NCBI GenBank assembly: GCA_963817045.1
Contig: CAWFMZ010000038.1
Span: 45,797-109,796, forward strand
Source of the DNA: an uncultured Alphaproteobacteria bacterium
GTDB lineage: Bacteria > Pseudomonadota > Alphaproteobacteria > Rhizobiales > Xanthobacteraceae
Direction: 5' to 3'
DNA length: 64,000 nucleotides
The notes under the pieces were generated by a model. That model saw nothing but the letters and a program-made list of their open reading frames with translations. It ran no database searches and was not told the origin of the DNA. A program made the translations under genes and the position numbers. Below, one piece after another: positions 1-10,364 of the stretch. Within the stretch, counting starts at the first letter, position 1, and every line of letters begins with the position of its first letter.

Positions 1-912
1 AACTTAAACATTTTCTCGCCATACATCTTGCGCGCGTCGGTGAGCAGCGGCTGGACGGCGGCGACGAAGGCGGCGTGTTCCTTGGGCGTTAGCTCGACGA
101 TCTCGCAGCCGGCGTCCTCGATGATCTTGCGCGAAGCCTCATGCTCCTCGACCGCGAGCCGGCGCTGGAAGGCGACGGCTTCGATCACCGCAGCCTGCAT
201 CGCCGCTTTAAGATCGTCCGGCCAGGCGTCGAACGACGCGCGGTGCAGGAAAATGGGTCGCGAAATGTAGAAGTGAGACGTGAGCGTGTGGAACTTGTGG
301 AACTTGTGCACGCCATAGGTGACGGTGTTGGCGAGCGGATTTTCCTGCGCGTCGAGCGTGCCGGCCTTGATCATGGCGATGGCCTCGGTCAGGTCCATGC
401 GCATGGCGATGGCGCCGAGCAGTTCGAAGGTGCGCTTCTGGATCTCGCTCGGCAGCACGCGGATTTTCATGGCCCTAAGGTCGGCCGGCAGGTGAACCGG
501 CCGCAGCCGGTTGGAGATGTGGCGGAAGCCGTTCTCGAACCAGCCGAGGATGCGGTAGCCGATGCGCTCCTCGGTCTTAGCGGCCAGGAACGCGCCGAGC
601 GCGCCGTCCATGGCGCGCGCGCGCCTGCGCGTTGTCGGCGAACAAAAACGGCAGATCGACGAAGCCCAGTTCCGGCACGCGATCGGTCAAGTAGCTCGAC
701 GACTGATAGCCGAGCGTCATCTCGCCGTTCTCGACCAAGGTGAGAATGTCCTCGGCCTTGTAGCCGTGCTCCATGATGTTCCAGACGTATTCGATGGCGA
801 CGCGCGGGCCGAACTGGCCTCGCAATTTGTCGCCGATGAATTTCAGCGATTTGCTGAAACCGGTGGTGGGCGGGCCGTAGCCGCCCATGCGGATCGGGAT
901 GGCTTTGCTCAT
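1..912 (-). pseudogene. TRAP transporter substrate-binding protein (DctP family); runs off left edge; apparent frameshift near 625
   Basis: ATG at 912 gives MSKAIPIRMGGYGPPTTGFSKSLKF...LPFLFADNAQARA in the frame of ORF 577..1053. Homology continues in another frame (MDGALGAFLAAKTEERIGYRILGWFENGFRHISN...YGEKMFK) after a (GC)n run at about 615-630. No stop before position 1. Confidence 0.8.
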
Positions 913-995
913 AATGAGTTTCTCTATACTGGTGCGGCGCGATCTGGCCAAGCGCAGCCGCTGTGGTAATCTCCGCGCAAATTGGAGGAAACCCC

Positions 996-1769
996 ATGAA
1001 CACGCGCGCCAAAGTCGCCGCGGTCGCGGCAGTTTCACAGGATCGAATTGCACCGGCGGAATGGCAGGCGCGGGTCGATCTCGCCGCCGTCTATCGGCTG
1101 CTCGCTCATTACGGCTGGGACGACGTGATCTACAACCACTCGTCCATGCGGGTGCCGGGCGAGCCGCGCAATTTCTTGATGAAGCGGCATGAGCTGCTCT
1201 ACACCGAGGTGACCGCGTCTAACCTGGTGAAGGTCAACATGGACGAGGACCTGGACGAAAAGTCTGGGGTCAACCGGCCGGGCTTCACGCTGCACGGCGG
1301 CGTGCTGAGTGCGCGGCCGGACGTGAACTGCGCGGTGCATGTCCACACCGAAAACGGCACGGCGCTGTCGGGCTTGAAGCACGGGCTGCGCATGATTTCG
1401 CAGCAAGCGCTGCGTTTCTACAAGCGCCTCGGCTATCACCCCTATGAAGGCATCACCGAGGATTTCGACGAGCGCGCGCGCATCAACAATGACCTCGGGA
1501 AGAACCGCGCCATGATCATGCAGCACCACGGTCTGCTCACGGTCGGCAAGAGCGCGCGCGAGGCCTTCGTGCTGATGAAATATCTGCTCAGCGCCGCCGA
1601 AATCCAGTTGAAGATGGAAGCAACCGGCGGCGAACTGCTCGAGGTGCCGCCGGAAGTTTGCGCCAAGGTCGCCGAGCAATTCGAGCATCACGATGCCGGC
1701 CGCGGCAGCGCCGACTGGCCGGCTTACCTGCGCGTGCTCGACGGCATCGACAAGAGCTATCGGAACTAG
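996..1769 (+). CDS. class II aldolase/adducin family protein
   Basis: ORF 963..1769. ATG at 996 is preceded by GGAGGA. Sequence is typical of the class II aldolase/adducin domain (AVHVHTENG, MQHHGLLTVGKS). Confidence 0.85.
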   Translation: MNTRAKVAAVAAVSQDRIAPAEWQARVDLAAVYRLLAHYGWDDVIYNHSSMRVPGEPRNFLMKRHELLYTEVTASNLVKVNMDEDLDEKSGVNRPGFTLHGGVLSARPDVNCAVHVHTENGTALSGLKHGLRMISQQALRFYKRLGYHPYEGITEDFDERARINNDLGKNRAMIMQHHGLLTVGKSAREAFVLMKYLLSAAEIQLKMEATGGELLEVPPEVCAKVAEQFEHHDAGRGSADWPAYLRVLDGIDKSYRN

Positions 1770-1781
1770 GACGGTATTCAC

Positions 1782-2768
1782 ATGATTACTGTTCTCAAGA
1801 AGTCCTTTCGCGTGCTGTACCGTGCCGCTCTGCCGGCAATCCTCATTGCCGCAACCGCGTCGGCGAATGCGCAGCAATATCCGAACAGACCCATCAGGGT
1901 GATCAGTCCCTACCCGGCCGGAAGCGCCTCGGATACCGTCACGCGGGTCGTCCTCGATCAGGTGTCGCAGCTGATCGGACAGCCGATGATCATCGAATTG
2001 AAGCCCGGCGCCGGCGGAGCCACCGGCTTCGCGTCCGTCGCCAGGTCTGACCCGGATGGCTACACGCTGGTAACCAGCTCCTCTTCGATGGCCACCGAAA
2101 CCGTGCTGCACAGCAAGCTGCCTTATGATCCCGTCAAGGATTTCGTTCCGGTGGCCTTGCTCGGCACCTCGCCGAACATTCTGGTCGCTTCGGCCAAGAG
2201 TGGGTTCAAGACACTGGCCGACTTGGTCGCCGCCGCGAAGGAGAAGCCAGGTACGCTGACTTTTGCCTCCGCCGGCATTGGCTCCTCCTCGCATATGGCG
2301 GCGGAACGATTCCGGCTCGCGGCCAAGATCGACGTTCGCCACGTGCCGTTCAAGGAAGGCGGCCTCGTGCAAGTGATGGCCGGCAATATCGACTTCTACT
2401 TCATTCCGTTGGCGGCAGCGGCCTCGGCACTCGGAAGCGACAAGCTCACCATCCTGGCTGTGAGCTCACCGCAACGCGTGCCGCGGCTGCCGAACGTGCC
2501 GTCGGTCGTCGAAGCCGGATATCCGGACGCCGTCTTCCGCTTCTGGAACGGCATATCGGCGCCGGCAAAGACACCGCCCGACGTCGTGAAGAAACTGCAC
2601 GACGTGACCCAAGAAGCGCTGAAGGATCCGGCCCTCAAGGACAAACTGGCCAAGCTTGGTGTCGAGCCGGCGCAGATCAGTTCAGAGGAATTCGGCAAGT
2701 TCTTCAAAGACGATCTCGCCGCGACACAGCAGCTTGCCAAAGAAGCCCATATCGAACCGGTCGACTGA
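1782..2768 (+). CDS. Bug family (TctC-like) tripartite tricarboxylate transporter substrate-binding protein
   Basis: 328 aa with a signal peptide. Bug/TctC hallmarks: QQYPNRPIRVISPYPAGSASD, SAGIGSSSHM. Confidence 0.9.
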   Translation: MITVLKKSFRVLYRAALPAILIAATASANAQQYPNRPIRVISPYPAGSASDTVTRVVLDQVSQLIGQPMIIELKPGAGGATGFASVARSDPDGYTLVTSSSSMATETVLHSKLPYDPVKDFVPVALLGTSPNILVASAKSGFKTLADLVAAAKEKPGTLTFASAGIGSSSHMAAERFRLAAKIDVRHVPFKEGGLVQVMAGNIDFYFIPLAAAASALGSDKLTILAVSSPQRVPRLPNVPSVVEAGYPDAVFRFWNGISAPAKTPPDVVKKLHDVTQEALKDPALKDKLAKLGVEPAQISSEEFGKFFKDDLAATQQLAKEAHIEPVD

Positions 2769-2825
2769 GCTTGGGCTAGCGCTCTCGCAGAGCATGACCG
2801 TCTACAAGGTCGAGAAAGACTCACA

Positions 2826-4130
2826 ATGACTATCAGCCCGCCCCGTATCGGCCCGCAGCCGTGGGATGTCGTGCGCACCAAGCTCGACCAGTCGCTGCCC
2901 TTCGCCAATATGCGCGACACGCCCTATTACCGCGACGCCGTGTGGGAGCAGTTCTCGAAGGCCGAATACGACCGCCGCTATCGTGCGTTGCGCGCGAAAA
3001 TGCGCGAGCACAAACTCGATGTGCTGATCGTCCCCGGTGGTCCCAGCCACTGGAGCTTTGGCGGCGGGATGCTGTGGCTGACCGGCCATTGGGAATGGCA
3101 CGCGCTGTCGAGCTACGTGCTCGTCCCGCTCGAAGGTGAGCCCACGTTGATCTATTCCATGGGCGGCACGCATGCCGAAGCCGTGCGCCGCCAGGTCGAG
3201 GTCGCGGTCAAGGACGTCCGCCACAGCCGCAGCGGCCGCTATGCCGACATCATGGTCGAGCGTATCCGCGAACTAAAACTCGAGCGCGGCCGAGTAGGCC
3301 TCATGGAGATCGATCCGCGGCACGGCGACTATCTTCCGGTCAACCAATACAATGTGCTGCGCGAGAATCTGCCCGACGCGGAGCTGGTATTCACCAAGGG
3401 CTTTTTGCACGAGCTGCTGTCGATCCACAGCGCCGAGGAGCTCGACTGCGTCCGCAAGGCCGGGGTGCTGTGCCAAAAGGCCATGGATGCGATGGTGGCG
3501 CGGGCTCGTCCTGGGGTGAAAGAGTACGAGCTGCGCGCAGCGGCGGGCGCGGCCATCCTCGAAGGCGGCGGCGATATCGACTTTCTGATCATCGGCTCGA
3601 CGCCGATGGCGAACCCGACGATGATTTTCGGCAACCCGCGCCCCTCCGGTCGCGTGCTGCAAAAGGGCGACATCGTCAATATGGAGCTGGCCGCCGGCTA
3701 TCGCGGCTACACGGCGCAGATCGGCTCACCCATCTGCGTGGGCGAGCCCACTGAAATGGTGAAGAAGTTCTGGAACGACATCACGCTACCCGGTTATCGG
3801 CGCATCGTTGCCGAGATCGCGCCGAGAAAGCCAGTGGAAGCCATGCGCCTCGCGAGCAAATTCTTTCGCGATAACGGCTACCAATCGCGGCCGACGCAGT
3901 GCCACGGCATTGACCTGGTCACCGACAAGCCGCACGTCGTGGCGGAGCACGTCTCCGCCGAAAAATTCGAGGAGGTGCTGGCGCCCGGCATGGTGATCAT
4001 GGCGGAACCCAATCCGATCACGCCAGACGGTCTTTTCGGCATTTTCCTCGGCCACACATTCATCGTCACCGACAGCGGGCACGAGGTCGTTGACGACTTT
4101 CCACTGGAGATCGCGGTCGCGCGGGGCTGA
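2826..4130 (+). CDS. M24 family metallopeptidase (Xaa-Pro peptidase/creatinase-like)
   Basis: 434 aa with a creatinase/prolidase-type N-domain and a pita-bread C-domain (GDIVNMELAAGYRGYTAQIG, MVIMAEPNP). Confidence 0.8.
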   Translation: MTISPPRIGPQPWDVVRTKLDQSLPFANMRDTPYYRDAVWEQFSKAEYDRRYRALRAKMREHKLDVLIVPGGPSHWSFGGGMLWLTGHWEWHALSSYVLVPLEGEPTLIYSMGGTHAEAVRRQVEVAVKDVRHSRSGRYADIMVERIRELKLERGRVGLMEIDPRHGDYLPVNQYNVLRENLPDAELVFTKGFLHELLSIHSAEELDCVRKAGVLCQKAMDAMVARARPGVKEYELRAAAGAAILEGGGDIDFLIIGSTPMANPTMIFGNPRPSGRVLQKGDIVNMELAAGYRGYTAQIGSPICVGEPTEMVKKFWNDITLPGYRRIVAEIAPRKPVEAMRLASKFFRDNGYQSRPTQCHGIDLVTDKPHVVAEHVSAEKFEEVLAPGMVIMAEPNPITPDGLFGIFLGHTFIVTDSGHEVVDDFPLEIAVARG

Positions 4131-4172
4131 CGCCAGCAAAATCGATCGGTTACTCGCAGCGTTCGCCGCCGT

Positions 4173-5370
4173 CTATCCCCACTTCCAGAAATCGCGGCCC
4201 TCTTCGCGCATGAAGCGGGCGAGCACCATCTTGTGCACTTCCGAGGCGCCGTCGACGAGCCGCGCCGAACGGCCGTAGCGGTAGATCCATTCCAGCACGG
4301 TGTCCTTGGAATAGCCGCGCGCGCCGTTGAGCTGGATCGCCACGTCGGCGGCCTGGTGCAACGTGTCGGCGACCTGCACCTTGGCCATCGAGACTTCCTT
4401 GCGCGCGCGGTCGCCCTGGTCGAGCTTCCAGGCCGCGTGCATGGTGAGCAGGCGGCCGATCTCGATCTGGTGCGCCACCTCGCCGAGCTTGATCTGGATG
4501 CCCTCGCGGCTGGCGAGCTTGCTGCCGAAGGCGTCGCGCCGGCCGACATACTCTTGCGCGATCTCCATGCAGCGCTTGGCGAAGCCGAGCCAGCGCATGC
4601 AGTGCGTCAGCCGCGCCGGCCCGAGCCGGATTTGCGTGACGCGCAAGCCGTCGCCGACATTGAGCAGAATATTTTCTTCGGGGATTTCCAGCCCGTCATA
4701 TTCGATCTCGCAATGGCCGCCGTGCTCGTGCGGCCCCATGATCGGGATGCGGCGCAGGATGCGCCAGCCGGGCTGATCCTTGTGATAGAGGAACGCGGTA
4801 AGGCCGCGGCGCGGCTCGTCCGAGGTGCGCGCCATCAGGATGAAATGCGCGGCGCCTTCGGCGCCGGTGATGAACCATTTGCGCCCGCGGATGATGTAGC
4901 GGTCGCCCTTCTTCTCGGCGCGCGTCAGCATCATGCCGGGATCGGAGCCGGAGCCGGGATGCGGCTCGGTCATGGCGAAGGCCGAGCGCACCTTGCCGTC
5001 GACGATCGGCTTGAGCCATTTGTCCTTCTGCGCGGGCGTGCCGGCGCGCGCCAAGAGATTCATGTTGCCGTCGTCGGGCGCCATGCAATGGATCGCGAGC
5101 GGGCCGAAGATCGAGCGCGCCGCCTCCTCGTAGATCGCCGCCCAGGCCACGATCGGCAGCCCCATGCCGCCGTATTCTTTGGGCGCTTGCGGCGCCCACA
5201 GGCCAGCCTTCTTTGGCTTTCTCGCGCACCGGCGCCAGCCGCGCCGCCGGGATGTTCTCATGCTCGGTGAAATTTTCCTTGTCCGCTTCGAGCGGCAGCA
5301 CGTGCTCCTCGACGAAAGCGCGCACGCGCAGGCGGATGGATTCGATCTCGGGTGAAAGTGTGAAGTCCAT
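4173..5370 (-). pseudogene. acyl-CoA dehydrogenase, apparent frameshift near 5210
   Basis: N-terminus MDFTLSPEIESIRLRVRAFVEEHVLPLEADKENF...REKAK is in the ORF 4696..5370 frame. The rest (KKAGLWAPQAPKEYGGMGL... to the end) is in ORF 4173..5261. The junction has one extra A in an AAA run. Confidence 0.85.
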
Positions 5371-5381
5371 GGTCAGTTCCC

Positions 5382-6158
5382 TTACCCTCTAATTGTCACC
5401 ACCTGTCCGCCATCGACCACGATGGTGGCGCCGGTGATAAAGCGGCCGGCGTCCGAGGCGAGCAGCAGCAGCGCGCCGTCGAGATCGCCATCGATGCCGA
5501 AGCGGCCCATCGGAATCTCGCGCTTGATCGCGTCGCCCGCCTCGCTAAGGAGATACGTGTCGTTCAGTTCGGTCACGAACCAGCCGGGCGCAAGCGCATT
5601 GACGCGCACGCCCTTGAAGGCCAGCTCCACGGCCAGCGCCTTGGTGACCTGTATCACGCCGGCCTTGGCGGTGGCATAGGCGACGGCCCCCTTGGAAACC
5701 GCGAGGCCTAGCACCGAAGCGATGTTGATAATCGCGCCTTGCTTCTTGGCCGCCAGCATGCGGCGCGCCGCCTCCTGCGCCCAGTAGAACACCGCGTCGA
5801 GATTGGTCCCGAGCACCCGGCGCCATTCCTCCGCCGGCATGTCGACGGCGCGGCCGCCGTGCGCGACGCCGGCATTGTTGACCAGGATGGTGACGGTGCC
5901 GAAGGCTGCCTCAGCGGCGTCGAAGGCGCGCAGCATGGCGGCGCGGTCGGTGACGTCGGCCTCGATCGCCACCGCGCGGCCGCCAGCGGCTTCGATCGCG
6001 TTCTTCATGTCCGCCAGCCGGTCGGCCCGCCGCGCCACCAGCGCGACGGCGGCGCCGTTTTCGGCCAGCGCCTTGGCGAATTGCGTGCCCAGCCCGCTGG
6101 AGGCGCCGGTGACCAGCGCGACGCGGCCTTTCAGGCTGAAGAGATCGGCGGCTTTCAT
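5382..6158 (-). CDS. SDR family oxidoreductase
   Basis: 258 aa with Rossmann motif TGASSGLG and catalytic YxxxK (YATAKAG). Confidence 0.9.
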   Translation of the reverse strand: MKAADLFSLKGRVALVTGASSGLGTQFAKALAENGAAVALVARRADRLADMKNAIEAAGGRAVAIEADVTDRAAMLRAFDAAEAAFGTVTILVNNAGVAHGGRAVDMPAEEWRRVLGTNLDAVFYWAQEAARRMLAAKKQGAIINIASVLGLAVSKGAVAYATAKAGVIQVTKALAVELAFKGVRVNALAPGWFVTELNDTYLLSEAGDAIKREIPMGRFGIDGDLDGALLLLASDAGRFITGATIVVDGGQVVTIRG

Positions 6159-6257
6159 GCAGCGTCCTTATACACACCCCGTATGATGGTATGGAATAGA
6201 CTAGCAAAAAGAGCCCGCGTAGTTTGCCCGGGCAGGCCGTTGACGGGGGCGGATGGC

Positions 6258-6617
6258 GTGAAACGACTTTGGCGAGCAACCATCAATAGCTGGCACGGCC
6301 TCGTTGCAGCGACACAATCGGAACAGGCGTTCCGCGAGGAGCTGGCGCTGCTAGCGATCGGAATACCGCTCGCCTGCTTCCTGACCGCAGACGCCGGCAA
6401 GCGCTTTGCACTGATCGGCGCGCTGGTCTTCATCCTCATTGTCGAATTGCTCAATACCGCGATTGAGAAGCTGAGCGATCGCATCACCCTCGATCAAGAT
6501 CCGGCCCTCAAGCGCATCAAGGACATGGGCTCCGCCGCCATCTTTCTGTCGCTGCTGCTGGCCGGCGCGGTGTGGCTCTGGGTTCTGGTCGAGCGATTTT
6601 GGCCGCTGTTGGGCTGA
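6258..6617 (+). CDS. dgkA: diacylglycerol kinase
   Basis: The C-terminal 119 codons of ORF 5739..6617 align with E. coli DgkA from memory (INSWHGL..., ELLNTAIE, KDMGSAA). GTG at 6258 gives the usual length. ATG at 6183 is an alternative start. Confidence 0.8.
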   Translation: MKRLWRATINSWHGLVAATQSEQAFREELALLAIGIPLACFLTADAGKRFALIGALVFILIVELLNTAIEKLSDRITLDQDPALKRIKDMGSAAIFLSLLLAGAVWLWVLVERFWPLLG

Positions 6618-6622
6618 ACGCA

Positions 6623-8014
6623 TCACCGCCCATAAAGCGCATGCGGCAGCGCGGTCGCTAAGTCGGGCAGGAACCACAGCACCACCAGCGCGAAGAGCTG
6701 GATCAGCACGAACGGAATGATGCCCACATAGATATGCCGTGTGGTGATCTCGGGCGGCGCCACGCCGCGCAGATAGAACAGCGTCGGCCCGAGTGGCGGG
6801 TGCATGTAGGAGGTCTGCAGGTTTACCGCCATCATGATGCCGAGCCAGACCGGGTCGACGCCGGGCATGATCAGCAGCGCGGGCGCCACGATCGGCACCA
6901 CTACGAAGATGATCTCGAAGGCGTCCATCACGAAGCCGAGCAGGAACATCGTAAGCATCACCGCCAGCACCGCACCGTTCACGCCGCCCGGCAAATTTGA
7001 GAGTGCGCGATGCACCATGTCGTCGCCGCCGAGCGCGCGGAATACCAGGCTGAATAGCGTGGCCCCGATCAGAATGAGGAAGATCATGGCGGTGATCTGC
7101 GTGGTCTTTTCCACCACCGGCATCATCAGTCCGTGCAAGCCGGCCTTGCGCGCGGCGAGCAAAATGGAACCGACGGCGCCGACCGATGCGGCTTCGGTCG
7201 GCGTCGCCACGCCGCCGAGGATCGAGCCGAGCACGGCCAGAATGAGCAACACCGGCGCGACCAGGACTTCCGCCAGCTTGCGCGCGAGTTTGAGCCCGCG
7301 CGGCGCATTGGGATCGGGCGGCATGGCCGGCGCGGCTTTCGGGCGCAGGATCGCGACCGCGATCAGGTAGAGCAGATAGAGCGCGACCAGCGCGAAGCCA
7401 GGCAGCAGCGCGCCGGCGAACAGGTCGCTTACATTGACCGAACGCGGCGCGAAGATTCCCTTCGACAATTGCGCCGCCTGGTAGGCGTTGCCGAGCTGGT
7501 CGCCGAGCAGCACCAGCACGGTGGCAGGTGGAAATATCTGTGCCAGCGTGGCGGTGGCGGCGACGGTGCCGGCGGCGAGCCGCGGATCGTATCCGAAGCG
7601 CAGCATGGTTGGCAGCACGATCAGGCCCATGGTCACCGTAGTGGCGCCGACCACGCCTTTCGCCGCCGCGAGCAGCGTGCCGACGATGACCACCGAAATG
7701 CCGAGCCCGCCGCGCAGGGTGCCGAACAGCCGGCCCATGGTCTCCAGCAGCTCCTCGGCGACGCGCGAGCGTTCGAGCATGACCCCCATGAAGATGAACA
7801 TCGGGATCGCGAGCAGAACTTCGTTCGTCATCACGCCGAAAATGCGCTGCGGTAATGCTCCTAGAATCCCCAATCCCATGGCGCCGAGCATGTGGCCGAG
7901 CATGCCGAACATCAGCGAGACACCGGCCAGCGTCAGCGCCACCGGATAGCCGGCCATCAGCGCGGCGATGACCGCGGCGACCATGAGGATGGCGAGGGCC
8001 TCAGTGAGCGGCAT
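6623..8014 (-). CDS. dctM: TRAP transporter large permease (DctM family)
   Basis: 463-aa polytopic membrane protein of DctM type. Its start overlaps the dctQ stop (TGATG). Confidence 0.9.
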   Translation of the reverse strand: MPLTEALAILMVAAVIAALMAGYPVALTLAGVSLMFGMLGHMLGAMGLGILGALPQRIFGVMTNEVLLAIPMFIFMGVMLERSRVAEELLETMGRLFGTLRGGLGISVVIVGTLLAAAKGVVGATTVTMGLIVLPTMLRFGYDPRLAAGTVAATATLAQIFPPATVLVLLGDQLGNAYQAAQLSKGIFAPRSVNVSDLFAGALLPGFALVALYLLYLIAVAILRPKAAPAMPPDPNAPRGLKLARKLAEVLVAPVLLILAVLGSILGGVATPTEAASVGAVGSILLAARKAGLHGLMMPVVEKTTQITAMIFLILIGATLFSLVFRALGGDDMVHRALSNLPGGVNGAVLAVMLTMFLLGFVMDAFEIIFVVVPIVAPALLIMPGVDPVWLGIMMAVNLQTSYMHPPLGPTLFYLRGVAPPEITTRHIYVGIIPFVLIQLFALVVLWFLPDLATALPHALYGR

Positions 8015-8571
8015 CAGCCCCCACCCGGTCGACTACGTCGACCACCCTCCCCCGCAAGCGGGGGAGGGATAAGAAGAATGACCGCCCTTATCGCCTGCGC
8101 GATGCCTTGCAGCGCCATCAGCAGCGCGAACAGCGGAATGAGCGTCTTGAGCGCGAACACCAGCGGCAGGCCACTGGTCTCCTGCGAACGCTCGAGGATT
8201 GCCCACGAGCGCGCGGCATAGGGCCAGGCCAGCCACAGCAGCACCAACGCGAACGGCAGCAGCAGCAGCAGCGCCCCGATCAGGTCGATCTTGGCGCGCG
8301 TGCGTGGACTAGCCTCGGCATAGAACACATCGACCCGCACATGGCCGCTGGCCTTTAGCGTCCAGGCCGCCGCCAGCATGAACAGCGTGGCGTGGGCGTA
8401 GATCACCGTTTCGGTGAGCCAGATCGAGCCCAGCCCGAACAGGTAGCGCGCCAGAACCAGCGCGAACTGCAGCAGCACGATGGCCAGTGCCAGCCACGCC
8501 ACCGCGCGCCCGACCGCCGTGGTCAGGCGGTCGATGCGGTCGGCCAGCGCGGTCATGGACGTAAAACGCAT
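8014..8571 (-). CDS. dctQ: TRAP transporter small permease (DctQ family)
   Basis: 185 aa, four TM segments, immediately upstream of dctM. The last ~18 codons (IPPPLAGEGGRRSRPGGG) are read out of a REP element. Confidence 0.8.
   Translation of the reverse strand: MRFTSMTALADRIDRLTTAVGRAVAWLALAIVLLQFALVLARYLFGLGSIWLTETVIYAHATLFMLAAAWTLKASGHVRVDVFYAEASPRTRAKIDLIGALLLLLPFALVLLWLAWPYAARSWAILERSQETSGLPLVFALKTLIPLFALLMALQGIAQAIRAVILLIPPPLAGEGGRRSRPGGG
8019..8075. repeat. REP-like double hairpin (GGTCGAC..GTCGACC and CCCTCCCCC..GGGGGAGGG) inside the dctQ 3' end
   Basis: Two perfect short palindromes read directly from the sequence. The same CCCTCCCC/GGGGAGGG family recurs at 31669, 33103, 34607 and 42850. 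Confidence 0.7.
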
Positions 8572-8618
8572 GGCGCCGATGATGGCATAAGGCCAAGTCT
8601 TTTGCTTATAGTACCGCC

Positions 8619-9248
8619 ATGTCCGGACACGATGACCACCACCACGACCACGACCATTCCGAGCTCACGGAAACCCAGCTGCGCGTGCGCGCGCTGGAAA
8701 CCGTGCTGACCGAGAAGGGCTATGTCGATCCGGCCGCGCTCGACCTGCTGATCGAGACCTACGAGAAGAAAGTCGGTCCGCGCAACGGCGCCCGCGTGGT
8801 GGCCAAGGCCTGGGCCGATCCGGCCTACCGCGCGCGGCTGTTCAAGGACGCCACGCCGGCGATCGCCGAACTCGGCTATGCCGGCCGCCAGGGCGAGCAC
8901 ATCGTCGCGCTGGAGAACACGCCGCAACAGCACAACATGGTCGTGTGTACGCTATGCTCCTGTTATCCGTGGCCGGTGCTCGGCCTGCCACCGGTCTGGT
9001 ACAAGTCGGCGCCCTATCGGTCGCGCGTGGTTTCCGATCCGCGCGGCGTGCTGACCGATTTCGGCGTCGCGCTGCCGACGGACACCGAGATCCGGGTGTG
9101 GGATTCGACCTCCGAGATTCGCTATCTGGTGATCCCGCTGCGGCCCGCCGGCACCGAGGGCTGGAGCGAAGAAAAGCTCGCCGAACTGGTGACGCGCGAC
9201 TCGATGATCGGGACCGGATTGCCGAAGTCGCCGAAGGATTTGAAATGA
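8619..9248 (+). CDS. nthA: nitrile hydratase alpha subunit, cobalt type
   Basis: 209 aa with active-site motif [10 protein letters not shown] (Thr/Tyr variant typical of Co-type enzymes) and His-rich N-terminus [10 protein letters not shown]. Confidence 0.95.
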   Translation: MSGHDDHHHDHDHSELTETQLRVRALETVLTEKGYVDPAALDLLIETYEKKVGPRNGARVVAKAWADPAYRARLFKDATPAIAELGYAGRQGEHIVALENTPQQHNMVVCTLCSCYPWPVLGLPPVWYKSAPYRSRVVSDPRGVLTDFGVALPTDTEIRVWDSTSEIRYLVIPLRPAGTEGWSEEKLAELVTRDSMIGTGLPKSPKDLK

Positions 9249-9905
9249 ACGGCGCGCAGGACATGGGCGGCGTGCACGGCTTCGGGCCGGTCGAGCCGGA
9301 GCCGAACGAGCCGGTGTTCCACGCCGACTGGGAGAAGCGCGCCTTCGCGCTCACGCTGGCGATGGCGATGCCGGGCGGCTGGAACATCGACATGGGGCGC
9401 TTCGCGCGCGAGAACCGGCCGCCGGGCGAATACCTGTCGATGAGCTACTATCAGATCTGGTTTGCCGGCGCTGGAACAGATGCTGAAGGAGCGCGGTCTG
9501 GTGGTGGACGACGAGATCGCCGCCGGCCATTCCTTGCATCCGCCGAAGCCGGTCACGCGCATCCTGTCGCCCGGCGACGTCGCGCAGGTGCTTTATCGCG
9601 GCGGGCCGACCGAACGCGAGACCAACACGAAGCCTGCGTTCAAATTCGGCGACAAAGTGCGCGCGAAGAATATCAACCCGCTCACCCACACGCGGCTGCC
9701 GCGCTATGTGCGCGGGCACATCGGTACAATCGAGCGCGTGATCGGCTGCCACGTTTTCCCCGACAGCAATGCCCTAGGGGCCGGCGAGAACCCGCAATGG
9801 CTCTACACGGTGCGCTTCGACGGCCGCGAATTGTGGGGTGAAGACGGCGATCCGACCTTGAAGGTCTCGGTCGATGCCTGGGAGCCGTATCTGGTGCCGG
9901 CATGA
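9245..9905 (+). pseudogene. nthB: nitrile hydratase beta subunit, apparent frameshift near 9462
   Basis: ATGA overlap with the nthA stop. [34 protein letters not shown]...YYQIWF is in the frame of ORF 8945..9841. It continues as ALEQMLKERGLV...DAWEPYLVPA in ORF 9462..9905. Confidence 0.9.
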
Positions 9906-10282
9906 TCGACCAGGCCGCAGCAGCCCGCGCCACGCAGGAAGTGCCGAGCATTCCGCGCGATGCCGACGGGCCGGTATTCCGCGAGCCGTGGGAGGCGCAG
10001 GCCTTTGCCATGACGTTGGCGTTGCATGACCGCGGCGTATTCACCTGGCCGGAATGGGCGGCGGCGCTCGCGGCCGAGATCAAGCGCGCGCAAGACGCCG
10101 GCGATCCCGACACCGGCGAGACCTATTATTCGCATTGGCTGGCGGCGCTGGAAAAACTGGTGGCCGAGAAAGGCGTGACGACCGAGGTCACGCTGCATCG
10201 CTATCGCGACGCCTGGGATCACGCCTGCGACCGCACCCCGCACGGACAGCCGATCGAGCTTAGGAAAGTGGATTTTTCCTAA
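9902..10282 (+). CDS. nitrile hydratase accessory (activator) protein
   Basis: 126 aa with a beta-subunit-like segment FREPWEAQAFAMTLALHDRG. ATGA overlap with the nthB stop. Confidence 0.85.
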   Translation: MIDQAAAARATQEVPSIPRDADGPVFREPWEAQAFAMTLALHDRGVFTWPEWAAALAAEIKRAQDAGDPDTGETYYSHWLAALEKLVAEKGVTTEVTLHRYRDAWDHACDRTPHGQPIELRKVDFS

Positions 10283-10295
10283 CCGATTTCCGCTC

Positions 10296-10355
10296 ATTCC
10301 CGCGCAAGCGGGAATCCAGAGATATGCGGCCCTGGGTCCCCGCTTTCGCGGGGAC
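10296..10355. repeat. REP-like hairpin pair (ATTCCCGC-GCAA-GCGGGAAT and GTCCCCGC-TTTC-GCGGGGAC)
   Basis: Two 8-bp perfect stems with 4-nt loops, between the convergent nitrile hydratase accessory gene and the transporter gene. Confidence 0.7.
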
Positions 10356-10364
10356 GACAATGGA

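Noticed and set aside
1035-2372. Long antisense or out-of-frame ORFs such as 1035..2372(-), 4233..5270(+), 14023..15021(+), 37671..38678(-), 42946..43791(-), 46781..48019(-) and 60285..61313(+).
   Set aside because: These are typical shadow ORFs of high-GC DNA. Their products are Arg/Ala/Gly/Pro-rich with no recognisable domains, and each overlaps a well-supported gene on the other strand or frame.
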